The translations under genes were made by a program, and so were the position numbers. 64,000 nt of DNA from a virus: the IMG/VR virus record IMGVR_UViG_3300020430_000007. One strand, 5' to 3'. The stretch's first letter is position 1. Each line of letters starts with the position of its first letter. Shown in pieces: positions 48,542 to 57,485 of the stretch. Below the pieces are notes generated by a model, which saw nothing but the letters and a program-made list of their open reading frames with translations, searched no databases and was not told the DNA's origin.

Positions 48542-49410
48542 GGATATTCACTCACATACCTATCTATCCAACCATCTACCATATATCTCAAATTATCAGG
48601 TAATAATGGTCCTGTTCCCTCAGTCTCATATCTACTAAACTCCTTTGTCACCTCAAATGTTTTGGAATAGTCTCCAGTATCAAGACTCCATCGTTCATAA
48701 GGTATATTATGTCTTTCCATCATAACTCTACAACAGTGATGATATTTTCGTGCTTCATTTAAACGAGTAGATACTATATTATAAAATCTCTCATAGTTAT
48801 CGTCAAATATTTGAGCACCACCAAGAAACCATGATCTTGCCCAATGTCTCAAATCTTCTTTGTATACTATTATATTTTTTCGTCTTCTCATTTGTTCAAT
48901 GGAGTAGTCTAAATCAACATTTAGTTTTCTTATACCTTTTTCAAGTCCTTCATTTAAATGTAATCCTGATATATTATCCTTCACATATCCATAGTATCCT
49001 AACAATACCTCAGGATGTAATATAAAATCACACTCAAAACATTTATCAAATATTTTGTATAAGTTATCAGGATGATACACTGAGGTGTTTTTTAGTTCGT
49101 CTGGAGTATACCTAGCATAGTCTATCGCTAACCAATTAGTAGATGCTAGATTGTCTCTAATTCTTACTTTATGGTCATTTATTGTAGATATAAAATCTAT
49201 GTTATCATATCGTCTAAACTCAGTTGTGCTTCTAATCTTTCCTTCTTTATCTTCCCAATACCATGTTCGTGTGTTATTTTTAGGGTTATATATTATTACA
49301 TGTAAAGGACCATATCCCTTTAGTTTTGCTACGCTCTTACCATTTAGTAATCCTATATTTTGATATTGTAATCTACCACCTCTATCTGTTGAGAAATAAG
49401 AGTTCTTCAT
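48538..49410 (-). CDS. paralogous family protein, copy 2
   Basis: STDRGGR, HPEVLLGY, KNIIVYKEDL, IPYERWSLDTGDY. Confidence 0.7.
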   Translation of the reverse strand: MKNSYFSTDRGGRLQYQNIGLLNGKSVAKLKGYGPLHVIIYNPKNNTRTWYWEDKEGKIRSTTEFRRYDNIDFISTINDHKVRIRDNLASTNWLAIDYARYTPDELKNTSVYHPDNLYKIFDKCFECDFILHPEVLLGYYGYVKDNISGLHLNEGLEKGIRKLNVDLDYSIEQMRRRKNIIVYKEDLRHWARSWFLGGAQIFDDNYERFYNIVSTRLNEARKYHHCCRVMMERHNIPYERWSLDTGDYSKTFEVTKEFSRYETEGTGPLLPDNLRYMVDGWIDRYVSEYP

Positions 49411-50123
49411 TTAGCATTTAAGGCATCTTCTACTATTTGTATATGGTGTGGTCTATCAACACCTTGTGATCTATCTTTATCAGGGAGTAAAAGGGCATCA
49501 ACATGATACTTACCACAAAAACCAATGGTGTCTAATCCTTTCCAGTGTTTGACAAATGTCATGTCAAGATTAGGAAAATCAGCAATGACTGATCTCTTAT
49601 AAAAATACATTCCAAGTTGAGGGACAACATTGTCAGTCGCAATGTCAGGTGTTCTCATGAGATATAATACTCTACCATTGTTTATAGCCATTTGAACCAC
49701 ATCAGGATCCTCATAATCACCATCTAAAGTTTTTCTATATGGTTGAACCATGTCACTACAGTTATCAATTCCATATCTCACAATATAATCTATCTCTTTT
49801 GGATCTGCTAACGGTTCGTCTCCTTGTAAATTGAACACATAATCCACTCCCTGTAAATTTCGTGCTACCTCAGCAACTCTATGAGTACATGTATAATGTG
49901 ATTTAGTCATTATCGCTTCAAATCCCCATTGTTCAACAGTGTCTTTTATAATCTCATCCTCTGTAGCAACAATAATGCGATCAAAATATTTACATTGTTT
50001 TGGTATATCTGCTACTCGTAAGACTAATTCTCTCCCGTTTATTTTTACCAATGGTTTACCAGGAAATCTAGATGATGACATTCGTGCAGGCACAATGCAA
50101 GCGATGTTTTTTTCTCTGTACAT
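49407..50123 (-). CDS. kdsB: CMP-Kdo synthetase-like cytidylyltransferase
   Basis: IVPARMSSSRFPGKPL, IVATED, NLQGDEPL, GVDRP. Confidence 0.85.
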   Translation of the reverse strand: MYREKNIACIVPARMSSSRFPGKPLVKINGRELVLRVADIPKQCKYFDRIIVATEDEIIKDTVEQWGFEAIMTKSHYTCTHRVAEVARNLQGVDYVFNLQGDEPLADPKEIDYIVRYGIDNCSDMVQPYRKTLDGDYEDPDVVQMAINNGRVLYLMRTPDIATDNVVPQLGMYFYKRSVIADFPNLDMTFVKHWKGLDTIGFCGKYHVDALLLPDKDRSQGVDRPHHIQIVEDALNAK

Positions 50124-50128
50124 AATGT

Positions 50129-51034
50129 TTAGATGTTATCTTGTAGTCTACCAGACAATCTCATATCTGTCAAGTTTCGTTTTTGAAGATACTCTTTTGC
50201 CATAGTAGTTGCTAATTTATATCTATCACTTTCTTTATCGTATGGAAACATAGTATATTGTTTAGGGATTTTATTTTCACAAAAAATTTTATAATCATGG
50301 TTATCCAAATCAAGATAATCATATTCAATTTTATTATCTCTAAGTGTTTGTTCTACATTTCTATTGTTTCTAGTGAAATCGTCTAAATGTTTGAACACTA
50401 ATTCTTTATCAAGATACCATGCATCTTCTACATTTTTTACATTTACATTGAATGTTTTATTAGTAGCAGCAGATACAAATAGATTTATTCTAGCAATAGT
50501 AATATCTAATAAATTCTCTTTGTAGGGTATTATATTATTACATGTTCTAAAGTGTTTTGTAAATGGTTTATAGAATATTTGTGGATGTGGTTGAGGTAAA
50601 AATAGGTCACATGTGCATAAATCATTGAAGAAATGGTCATGCCATTTTCTACCATGATCTTCGTATATTGGATAAAGTTTTCTATTATTTTCTTTCCATG
50701 TTCCTACCTTGAATTTCGTTTTTGGTGGATTATTCTTGCCATATCCTAGATAATCTTCATATACAAAGTATTCTATCTTTATACCTGTATCTGTATAATG
50801 ATGTAGCAATTGCTCACTACTAAGACTATCAACTTTTATTACTGGAGTTATTGTGTCTGAGTCATCATATCTTTTATATTTTATATGGTGTTGATCTAAA
50901 TCATGATACTCCCATTTATGTGATACATACTTACCACCAATTTGCATTTGAGTGACAGTTTTTCTATTGTATCTAAATAAACCATTGAAATATGCTTTAC
51001 CATAGTGCCTAGCACCCCAGATGACAAATTTCAT
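50129..51034 (-). CDS. paralogous family protein, copy 1 (most diverged)
   Basis: GARHYGK, NIIPYKENL, IEYDYLDLDNHDY. Confidence 0.65.
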   Translation of the reverse strand: MKFVIWGARHYGKAYFNGLFRYNRKTVTQMQIGGKYVSHKWEYHDLDQHHIKYKRYDDSDTITPVIKVDSLSSEQLLHHYTDTGIKIEYFVYEDYLGYGKNNPPKTKFKVGTWKENNRKLYPIYEDHGRKWHDHFFNDLCTCDLFLPQPHPQIFYKPFTKHFRTCNNIIPYKENLLDITIARINLFVSAATNKTFNVNVKNVEDAWYLDKELVFKHLDDFTRNNRNVEQTLRDNKIEYDYLDLDNHDYKIFCENKIPKQYTMFPYDKESDRYKLATTMAKEYLQKRNLTDMRLSGRLQDNI

Positions 51035-51069
51035 ATCATGCTGTATAATGATCTTACTATAATATATCT

Positions 51070-51456
51070 ATGAAAAAAACACTACCACCCAACTACGGAT
51101 TTGACTTCCCTATACAATGGAAAAATGGTGATTTCAAAGTTGGTGATGCGGTAGTATGTGGTATGCAGAATCTAGACTATGGTATTGTATCATTTATAAG
51201 TAATGAATACTTGACAGTGTGCACCGCTTGTGGAACTGGCACAGATGAGTTACCACATAGAGATATAAAAGTGGTAGTATCTAAAGTAGTACCAATTAGA
51301 AAATTAGAAAAACATGAATATACCAAACTGGCAACATCACTCAAAAAAGGGTGCCAAACGGAGACTGCGACCTCAAAAATTGAGACAGGCAAGGAAAAGA
51401 CGCTCGCAATTTCTCACACGCTTAGAAAAAGAGTCGAAGAGAAACCAGTTGAATAA
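51070..51456 (+). CDS. hypothetical protein, probably leaderless
   Basis: TATAAT 51058-51063 lies 6 nt before ATG; FKVGD.V...GIVSFISNEYLTVC. Confidence 0.55.
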   Translation: MKKTLPPNYGFDFPIQWKNGDFKVGDAVVCGMQNLDYGIVSFISNEYLTVCTACGTGTDELPHRDIKVVVSKVVPIRKLEKHEYTKLATSLKKGCQTETATSKIETGKEKTLAISHTLRKRVEEKPVE

Positions 51457-51532
51457 GTGTCACAATCGCCCACACAAGGGTGATTTTTTTATGTATAATA
51501 TTAGTATATCAAACAAAACAACATGCCTGTAA
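51314..51532 (+). CDS. small basic hypothetical protein (MNIPNWQHHSKK...)
   Basis: Very basic peptide of a type I recall from cyanophages; overlaps the previous ORF by 143 nt. Confidence 0.55.
   Translation: MNIPNWQHHSKKGAKRRLRPQKLRQARKRRSQFLTRLEKESKRNQLNKCHNRPHKGDFFMYNISISNKTTCL
51443..51499 (+). promoter_or_regulatory. palindrome + TATAAT early promoter element, copy 1
   Basis: ACCAGTT-gaat-AAGTGTCAC-30nt-TATAAT. Confidence 0.75.
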
Positions 51533-53727
51533 ACATAGAAATCAAAGGTAACTTAGCAAGACTACTTGCCACTGAGAACCTTATTGTTGAGCACAAAAAA
51601 GTAGAGACTGCTCAATTCAACACACAAACAAGAGTTTTGACTCTACCCATATGGAATACATCAAGTAATTTTGTTTATGATATGCTCGTAGCACACGAGG
51701 TAGGTCATGCATTATTTACTCCATGCGTTGATTGGAAACAAGATAAGTACAAATCTGTACCTCACTCATATGTCAATATTGTAGAGGATGCACGTATTGA
51801 GAGACTCATGAAAAACAAATTTGCAGGTCTAAACAGAGATTTCTACAAAGGATATGAAGAGTTGAACTCAAGTGACTTTTTTGAATTGAGTGACAAAAAT
51901 GTCAATAAAATGAAATTTATCGATAAAATCAATCTATACTTCAAACTAGGTGCCTTTCTATGTCTTGAGTTCAATGATATTGAAAATCAATTCATCACTG
52001 AAATATCACAATCAGAAACATTTGAACAAGTTCTTGACATTTCACTTAGAGTTTATCAGTATTCTAAAGAGCAACAACAAGCAAGACAAAAAATGCTTGA
52101 CTTAGCACAAACAAGTGAAGATAAAAACAACAATGATGATGAGGATCTTCAATCACCATCATATCAAAGAGATTATCAATCAGAAAGTGATGATGAGATT
52201 GATGACTCTGCAGATATTGATGATCCTGATTTTGAACCATCAGATGAAGTTGACGATGATGATGAAATTGACGGTGGTAGCACTGCAGGCAATCATGCGG
52301 GTGATTGGAATAACATTGATGAGAGTGATACTCAAGATGCATTTGACAATAACAGTGAGAAACTCAGAGATACTGATAGTAAAGAAACCACTTATATCAA
52401 TCTACCAGAGGTAAGACTTGACAAAGTTGTTGTACCATTTGATGTTATCAATGAATACCTAACAGATCACTTTCTTACTGAGAAAACAAGTCAGCAAGAT
52501 AATCATACAAACTACGTTGGTAATGCGATTCTCAAAGACACAAATGATTTCAGACAGTACAAAAAGTCAGCATCTAAAGATGTCAATCACCTTGTAAAAG
52601 AGTTTGAAATGAAGAAATCAGCAGATTCATACGCTAGACAGGCAACTGCTAGGACAGGTGTTCTTGATACATCTAAATTGCATACTTATATGTTCAATGA
52701 AGATATATTCAAAAAGATAACTGTTATTCCAGAGGGTAAAAATCATGGTCTTGTGTTTTTACTTGATTGGTCTGGTTCAATGTCTAACATACTTGAGAAT
52801 ACTTTGAAGCAATTATTCAATCTAGTATGGTTTTGTAGAAAAGTCAATATACCTTTTGAGGTTTATGCCTTTACAAATGATTCATGGTCATTATGGGGTG
52901 ATTACAACGAGGAAACAAGATATTATGAACTTGATGGATCTAAACTTGTAAAGTCATACAATACAAATGATTTACATATTGAGGGTGGTTTCAGAATGGT
53001 AAACATTCTCACTAGCACTGCAAAATCTAAAGATATTGACAATATGATGCTAAATCTATGGTTACAAACAAGAGCGATGAACTTTCGCATGTATAATTGG
53101 GGTCGCAAGTTTACTTTATCAGGAACACCACTCAATGAAGCAATTGTGTGTGTAGGACAACTCACTAAGCAATTTATCAAAAATGCTAAGTTGCAAAAAT
53201 CTCATGTTATTATATTGACTGACGGTGATGGTTATCACCCATCATACAACCATAACTTTATATCCTCTCATACTGGTAAAGAGAGACAATGTGTAAATTC
53301 AGTGCCAACGTGGTCTAGCACAATTAGAGTGGGTAGTAGATCATTTATCTGCACCACTGGTGATGTTGATTTTACAAACAAAATGGTTGAAGCAGTAAAA
53401 AGCACATTACCAAACACAAGTTTTATTGGAATACGTATTCTTGATAGCAGATCATATTCATGTTTCTATAATAAGTTTGGTAGATTATCATTTGATTATT
53501 TTGAAGACATGAAGAGTGAACTAAGGAAAAACGGTGCGGTGTTCTTCAAAAACAAATCATTTGATTTATGGTGTGGAGTGGTTCAAAAATCATTACATAC
53601 AGATGCAGATCTAGAGGTAGATCAAGGTGCTGCAAAAAGACAAATCACTGCTGCGTTCAAAAAAATGAACAAGGGTAAGAAATCCAACAAATTCATGGTC
53701 AAAGAGTTCATAAAACAAATTGCTTGA
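51523..53727 (+). CDS. CobT-like HEXXH / von Willebrand A domain protein
   Basis: HEVGH, NIVEDARIE, acidic linker, LLDWSGSM (MIDAS), GTPLNE, LTDG. Confidence 0.85.
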   Translation: MPVNIEIKGNLARLLATENLIVEHKKVETAQFNTQTRVLTLPIWNTSSNFVYDMLVAHEVGHALFTPCVDWKQDKYKSVPHSYVNIVEDARIERLMKNKFAGLNRDFYKGYEELNSSDFFELSDKNVNKMKFIDKINLYFKLGAFLCLEFNDIENQFITEISQSETFEQVLDISLRVYQYSKEQQQARQKMLDLAQTSEDKNNNDDEDLQSPSYQRDYQSESDDEIDDSADIDDPDFEPSDEVDDDDEIDGGSTAGNHAGDWNNIDESDTQDAFDNNSEKLRDTDSKETTYINLPEVRLDKVVVPFDVINEYLTDHFLTEKTSQQDNHTNYVGNAILKDTNDFRQYKKSASKDVNHLVKEFEMKKSADSYARQATARTGVLDTSKLHTYMFNEDIFKKITVIPEGKNHGLVFLLDWSGSMSNILENTLKQLFNLVWFCRKVNIPFEVYAFTNDSWSLWGDYNEETRYYELDGSKLVKSYNTNDLHIEGGFRMVNILTSTAKSKDIDNMMLNLWLQTRAMNFRMYNWGRKFTLSGTPLNEAIVCVGQLTKQFIKNAKLQKSHVIILTDGDGYHPSYNHNFISSHTGKERQCVNSVPTWSSTIRVGSRSFICTTGDVDFTNKMVEAVKSTLPNTSFIGIRILDSRSYSCFYNKFGRLSFDYFEDMKSELRKNGAVFFKNKSFDLWCGVVQKSLHTDADLEVDQGAAKRQITAAFKKMNKGKKSNKFMVKEFIKQIA

Positions 53728-53782
53728 CCAGTTTACAAAGTGGTACATCATCGGTTGATTTACCACTTTTATCAATTATAAT
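53726..53782 (+). promoter_or_regulatory. early promoter element, copy 2
   Basis: GACCAGTT-taca-AAGTGGTAC-30nt-TATAAT. Confidence 0.75.
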
Positions 53783-53807
53783 ACTATTATACAAACAAAT
53801 CTTTATT

Positions 53808-54938
53808 ATGACACTTATTCCTCACAAATATACAGACGTTGAATTGTTTGACTTACTCAAAAAGTATGATGACTCAGCAATCACATCAAAAGACTTACAA
53901 GAGATTGCAGATCACTTTGATGTAAAAGTATCTTCACTACGTAGAAGAATGAAGAGAAAAGGTTTTGAGTACAATGCTAAGAAAAAAACATATGCATTGA
54001 CTAAAACTCAACTCAAATCTGCAAAAAAACAACTTGAGACACAATTTGAGAAACCTCATGTTTTTGCTACTGAGCAAAAAGAGAATCTTGTGCCTACTAT
54101 AGACGACACATTTATCAAGTTTGGTGCATTTCCTGATCTCAAGAAAATTATACAATCAAGATTGTTTTATCCTATCTTCATCACTGGTATGTCAGGCAAC
54201 GGAAAAACTTTCGGTGTTGAACAAGCATGCTCTCAAACTAAGAGAGAGCTTATCAGAGTAAACATCACTGTTGAGACTGATGAAGATGATCTTATCGGTG
54301 GTTTCAGACTTGTCAACGGTGAGACTGTATGGCATAACGGTCCAGTTATTGAAGCATTAGAGCGTGGTGCTATATTATTATTAGATGAAGTTGATCTTGC
54401 ATCTAACAAGATATTATGTTTACAATCTATTCTAGAGGGTAAAGGTGTATTTCTCAAAAAGATTGGTAAGTTTGTCAAACCTAATGAGGGTTTCAATATT
54501 GTAGCAACTGCCAATACAAAAGGTAAAGGCAGTGATGACGGTAGGTTTATTGGCACAAATGTTCTCAATGAAGCATTTCTTGAGCGTTTTCCTATTACCA
54601 TTGAGCAAGACTACCCCACTGTAGGTGTAGAGTCAAAAATATTGACTAAAGTTGCAGAGTCATTGAATATTCCTATGATAAGTGAGCACAAAAACTTCAT
54701 TACACACTTGTGCAACTGGGCAGAGATTGTTCGTAAGACTTTCAATGATGGTGGTGTTGATGAGATCATATCAACACGTAGATTGACTCACATCATGCGA
54801 GCATATTCTATCTTCGGTGATAAGATGAAGTCTGTTCAAATGTGTCTCAACAGATTTGATGATGAGACTAAGGAGTCATTTATTCAATTATACACTAAAT
54901 TGGATGATACTGTAAATGTTTCAGAGTCAACACAATAG
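53808..54938 (+). CDS. cobS: MoxR/CobS-like AAA+ ATPase
   Basis: GMSGNGKT, LLLDEVD, ATANTKGKG, LNEAFLERF, STRRL; ATG 53808. Confidence 0.9.
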   Translation: MTLIPHKYTDVELFDLLKKYDDSAITSKDLQEIADHFDVKVSSLRRRMKRKGFEYNAKKKTYALTKTQLKSAKKQLETQFEKPHVFATEQKENLVPTIDDTFIKFGAFPDLKKIIQSRLFYPIFITGMSGNGKTFGVEQACSQTKRELIRVNITVETDEDDLIGGFRLVNGETVWHNGPVIEALERGAILLLDEVDLASNKILCLQSILEGKGVFLKKIGKFVKPNEGFNIVATANTKGKGSDDGRFIGTNVLNEAFLERFPITIEQDYPTVGVESKILTKVAESLNIPMISEHKNFITHLCNWAEIVRKTFNDGGVDEIISTRRLTHIMRAYSIFGDKMKSVQMCLNRFDDETKESFIQLYTKLDDTVNVSESTQ

Positions 54939-54939
54939 G

Positions 54940-54967
54940 TTGACTCTTGATCTCAATCTGCTATAAT
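54940..54967 (+). promoter_or_regulatory. sigma70-type promoter
   Basis: TTGACT-16nt-TATAAT. Confidence 0.7.
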
Positions 54968-54974
54968 AAGAATG

Positions 54975-55165
54975 TAAGCGAGGTTGGTTGAGTAGGTTTT
55001 TTGTAGAAGGTTTGACTACTCTTCTGTAAAATGTATCCTCGCACGATTTTTGGGCATTGATATGGCAAGGGTGATCTCATTCCGACATGCTATGTAAGGA
55101 TTCTAAACGGTAGTCGGTGGAAAAGGTCTTCAAATCGAACCTCATGTCATGTAAGTCCCGATTTC
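54975..55165 (+). ncRNA. candidate structured ncRNA (two hairpin domains)
   Basis: Lies between two promoters with only ~10-codon ORFs; GCGAGG/CCTCGC and TTTTGTAGAAG/CTTCTGTAAAA stems, then GGG..ATATGGCA/TGTCATGT..CCC, GATCT/AGGTC, CCGAC/GTCGG. Confidence 0.5.
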
Positions 55166-55174
55166 AACACATTG

Positions 55175-55203
55175 TTGACAAACAGTCTTGTACATGCTAT
55201 AAT
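55175..55203 (+). promoter_or_regulatory. consensus sigma70 promoter
   Basis: TTGACA-17nt-TATAAT. Confidence 0.85.
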
Positions 55204-55254
55204 ATGTACATACAGACCTGAGAAGTCTCTAAACTCATTCATTGTCCCTTTATT

Positions 55255-55479
55255 ATGTTATTCATGAAAATCACTGGTTCATCTGCTATTGCTGCTGTAA
55301 ACTTTGGCGAGAACAATGCAGTAGGTGTGACATTTACCAGTAATGATACCGAGTACGGTTTTGTTGCTAAGGATGCTGCACTTGTTCGCACTGGTCTTGA
55401 GTCTGCCCTCTCAAAGGGTGAGTCCATCGGCAAGTTGATCTCAAACTATCGTACAACTGGACAACTAAAGGCAGTCTAG
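55255..55479 (+). CDS. hypothetical protein
   Basis: SSAIAAV...ESIGKLI; own promoter and terminator. Confidence 0.7.
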   Translation: MLFMKITGSSAIAAVNFGENNAVGVTFTSNDTEYGFVAKDAALVRTGLESALSKGESIGKLISNYRTTGQLKAV

Positions 55480-55514
55480 TTCATAACCACAACTGAATAC
55501 ATTGATTTATTTTT

Positions 55515-55538
55515 ACCCCTGATTGAGTCAGGGGTTTG
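55515..55538 (+). terminator. terminator hairpin
   Basis: ACCCCTGA-TTGAG-TCAGGGGT-TT. Confidence 0.7.
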
Positions 55539-55564
55539 CATTTTAAATTACATTGGAGATTATT

Positions 55565-55936
55565 ATGTCACTAAACTATGAGAAAGTATGGGAGGTAATG
55601 AATGATCTTGATGAGGTCGTTCAAAAGACAAAGATTATCTCTGAAATGTGTAATAAACTGAGAAAAACAGTTTATGATTGGACTGATGCTGATGAGGTAT
55701 TGGACGAGGTTGATGCACTAAAAGGATTTTCAACATATATCCTACAAGAATTAGACAATGCATCAATAAGAGCATGGAATAATACTGTTATTCCATTGAA
55801 TCCAAATAGAGAAAAGATAAGATTAGGAAAAGATCTTGATTCATTAGATAATGTCAAAATAGATACAGATCAATTCAAGATTGATTTGAATCAATTTAGA
55901 GATTATAACATAAGATCGGAGGATATGAAGGCATGA
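55565..55936 (+). CDS. hypothetical protein
   Basis: GGAG RBS, ATG 55565. Confidence 0.7.
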   Translation: MSLNYEKVWEVMNDLDEVVQKTKIISEMCNKLRKTVYDWTDADEVLDEVDALKGFSTYILQELDNASIRAWNNTVIPLNPNREKIRLGKDLDSLDNVKIDTDQFKIDLNQFRDYNIRSEDMKA

Positions 55937-56018
55937 TTTATACAATGCTATCAATCATAACCATAGGTGTTATAATGGTGATATATACATTATACAAATA
56001 TAATCCACATTGATCATC

Positions 56019-56261
56019 ATGGCACTATCATCACAAGTTGAGGAATCACTAAGGGATGCACAAAGTCATTTACGAAATGCTTTAGCATTTTCAGCAAGGA
56101 GTGAGAAAACTTATGTAAGTAAACATGTTGCTGACATGTTACATAGAATAGATAATTTGATAGATGTTACTGATGTAATGGAGAGGTTAGAGTCAAGAAA
56201 ACAAGGTGATAAAGGTACGTGGGGTCCTTTTATTGATGACCATTTAGACGAAGATTGTTAG
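56019..56261 (+). CDS. hypothetical protein
   Basis: MALSSQVEESLRDAQSHLRNALAFSARSEK. Confidence 0.7.
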   Translation: MALSSQVEESLRDAQSHLRNALAFSARSEKTYVSKHVADMLHRIDNLIDVTDVMERLESRKQGDKGTWGPFIDDHLDEDC

Positions 56262-57485
56262 ATGACAACTAAAGAGAATCCACAAAAGGATAACCATGTT
56301 ATATGTGGTTATCCTTTTTATGCTATTAGAAATGGTCCGAGTATAAACTATGCTCCATGTTGTTGGGCAAGGACAAAAAGCGTGTGTGGACCTCAAAACA
56401 CCCCTGCTATTGATTATTTCAAAGGCAATATATTCAATGAAATGAGGAGAGATATGTTGAGAGGTGTAAAGAGTGATTTGTTATTGGACACTTGCTCTTT
56501 ATGTTATAAAAATGAGGAGAATAACGGTTCATCTGCTAGACTTCAATCCGAGGTAGATTGGAGTGTGCTTGATAATTTTGATAGTGATGGTAAAATGATT
56601 GATAATAATAACAGATTTATAAAATTAGAACTCAATGCTTTTGGCAATCATTGTAACTTAGAATGTTATGAATGTCAACCAGACAACTCAAGTAGAAGGG
56701 AAGAGCGTTTGAAGAAGATGGGCACAAAGTGGCAAGCGATATTGGGTAAGTATTCATTTGTTGATAGGGATGTAAAAAAGAAAAATAAAGTGTTATGGAG
56801 AGAGTTTGTCAATGATTTAGTGCAACATAGTAGGAATATAAAAATGTTATCTTTTTGTGGTGGTGAACCAATGTCAATGGTATCACATTTTGATATATTG
56901 GATGCACTCATTGACAGTGGTGATTCTAAAGAGATAGAATTATATTATGTCTCAAATATGACAATGTTTACATTACCTAAAATGAGAAGATACATTGACA
57001 AATTCAAGTGGATGAACATACAATGGAGTGTGGATGGCATAGGTGAGAGAAATTATTGGTTGAGATATCCAACAAATTGGAACAATACTGTAAAAAATGT
57101 ATTAGACGTGCAACAATATCTTTATTATACTAAACCATGGAAAATAGGAAAGATTGAAGCAACAATAACACCATCATTATTAGGTGTACTCAAGTTGAGA
57201 GAGACAGTAGATTGGATGAATAAACATGATCTAATGCAAGATAATCCTATGATAAACAGAATTGATGAACCAAAAATATGTCAAACAAGACATTTACCAG
57301 ATGAGATAAAACAAAAGATAGGTGATGATGTCAAATCAGTGTCCGAGTATCATTATAATGATATGATGGAGAAGAGAGACCCTTATTATTTTGGGTTGGC
57401 AATAAAGTATTTTGATGCACTTGATAAATCAAGGGGCACTGACTGGAGAGCAACGTTTCCTGAGTTAGCATGTTATACCAACTAA
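56262..57485 (+). CDS. radical SAM protein with N-terminal twitch/SPASM-like Cys motifs
   Basis: PCC, C..CYKNE, CNLECYEC, GGEP, SVDGIG. Confidence 0.85.
   Translation: MTTKENPQKDNHVICGYPFYAIRNGPSINYAPCCWARTKSVCGPQNTPAIDYFKGNIFNEMRRDMLRGVKSDLLLDTCSLCYKNEENNGSSARLQSEVDWSVLDNFDSDGKMIDNNNRFIKLELNAFGNHCNLECYECQPDNSSRREERLKKMGTKWQAILGKYSFVDRDVKKKNKVLWREFVNDLVQHSRNIKMLSFCGGEPMSMVSHFDILDALIDSGDSKEIELYYVSNMTMFTLPKMRRYIDKFKWMNIQWSVDGIGERNYWLRYPTNWNNTVKNVLDVQQYLYYTKPWKIGKIEATITPSLLGVLKLRETVDWMNKHDLMQDNPMINRIDEPKICQTRHLPDEIKQKIGDDVKSVSEYHYNDMMEKRDPYYFGLAIKYFDALDKSRGTDWRATFPELACYTN

Noticed and set aside
53808-54938. Cobalamin biosynthesis as an auxiliary metabolic function
   Set aside because: No cobN or other cob genes in the window; the symbol reflects only the customary annotation of this AAA+ family.
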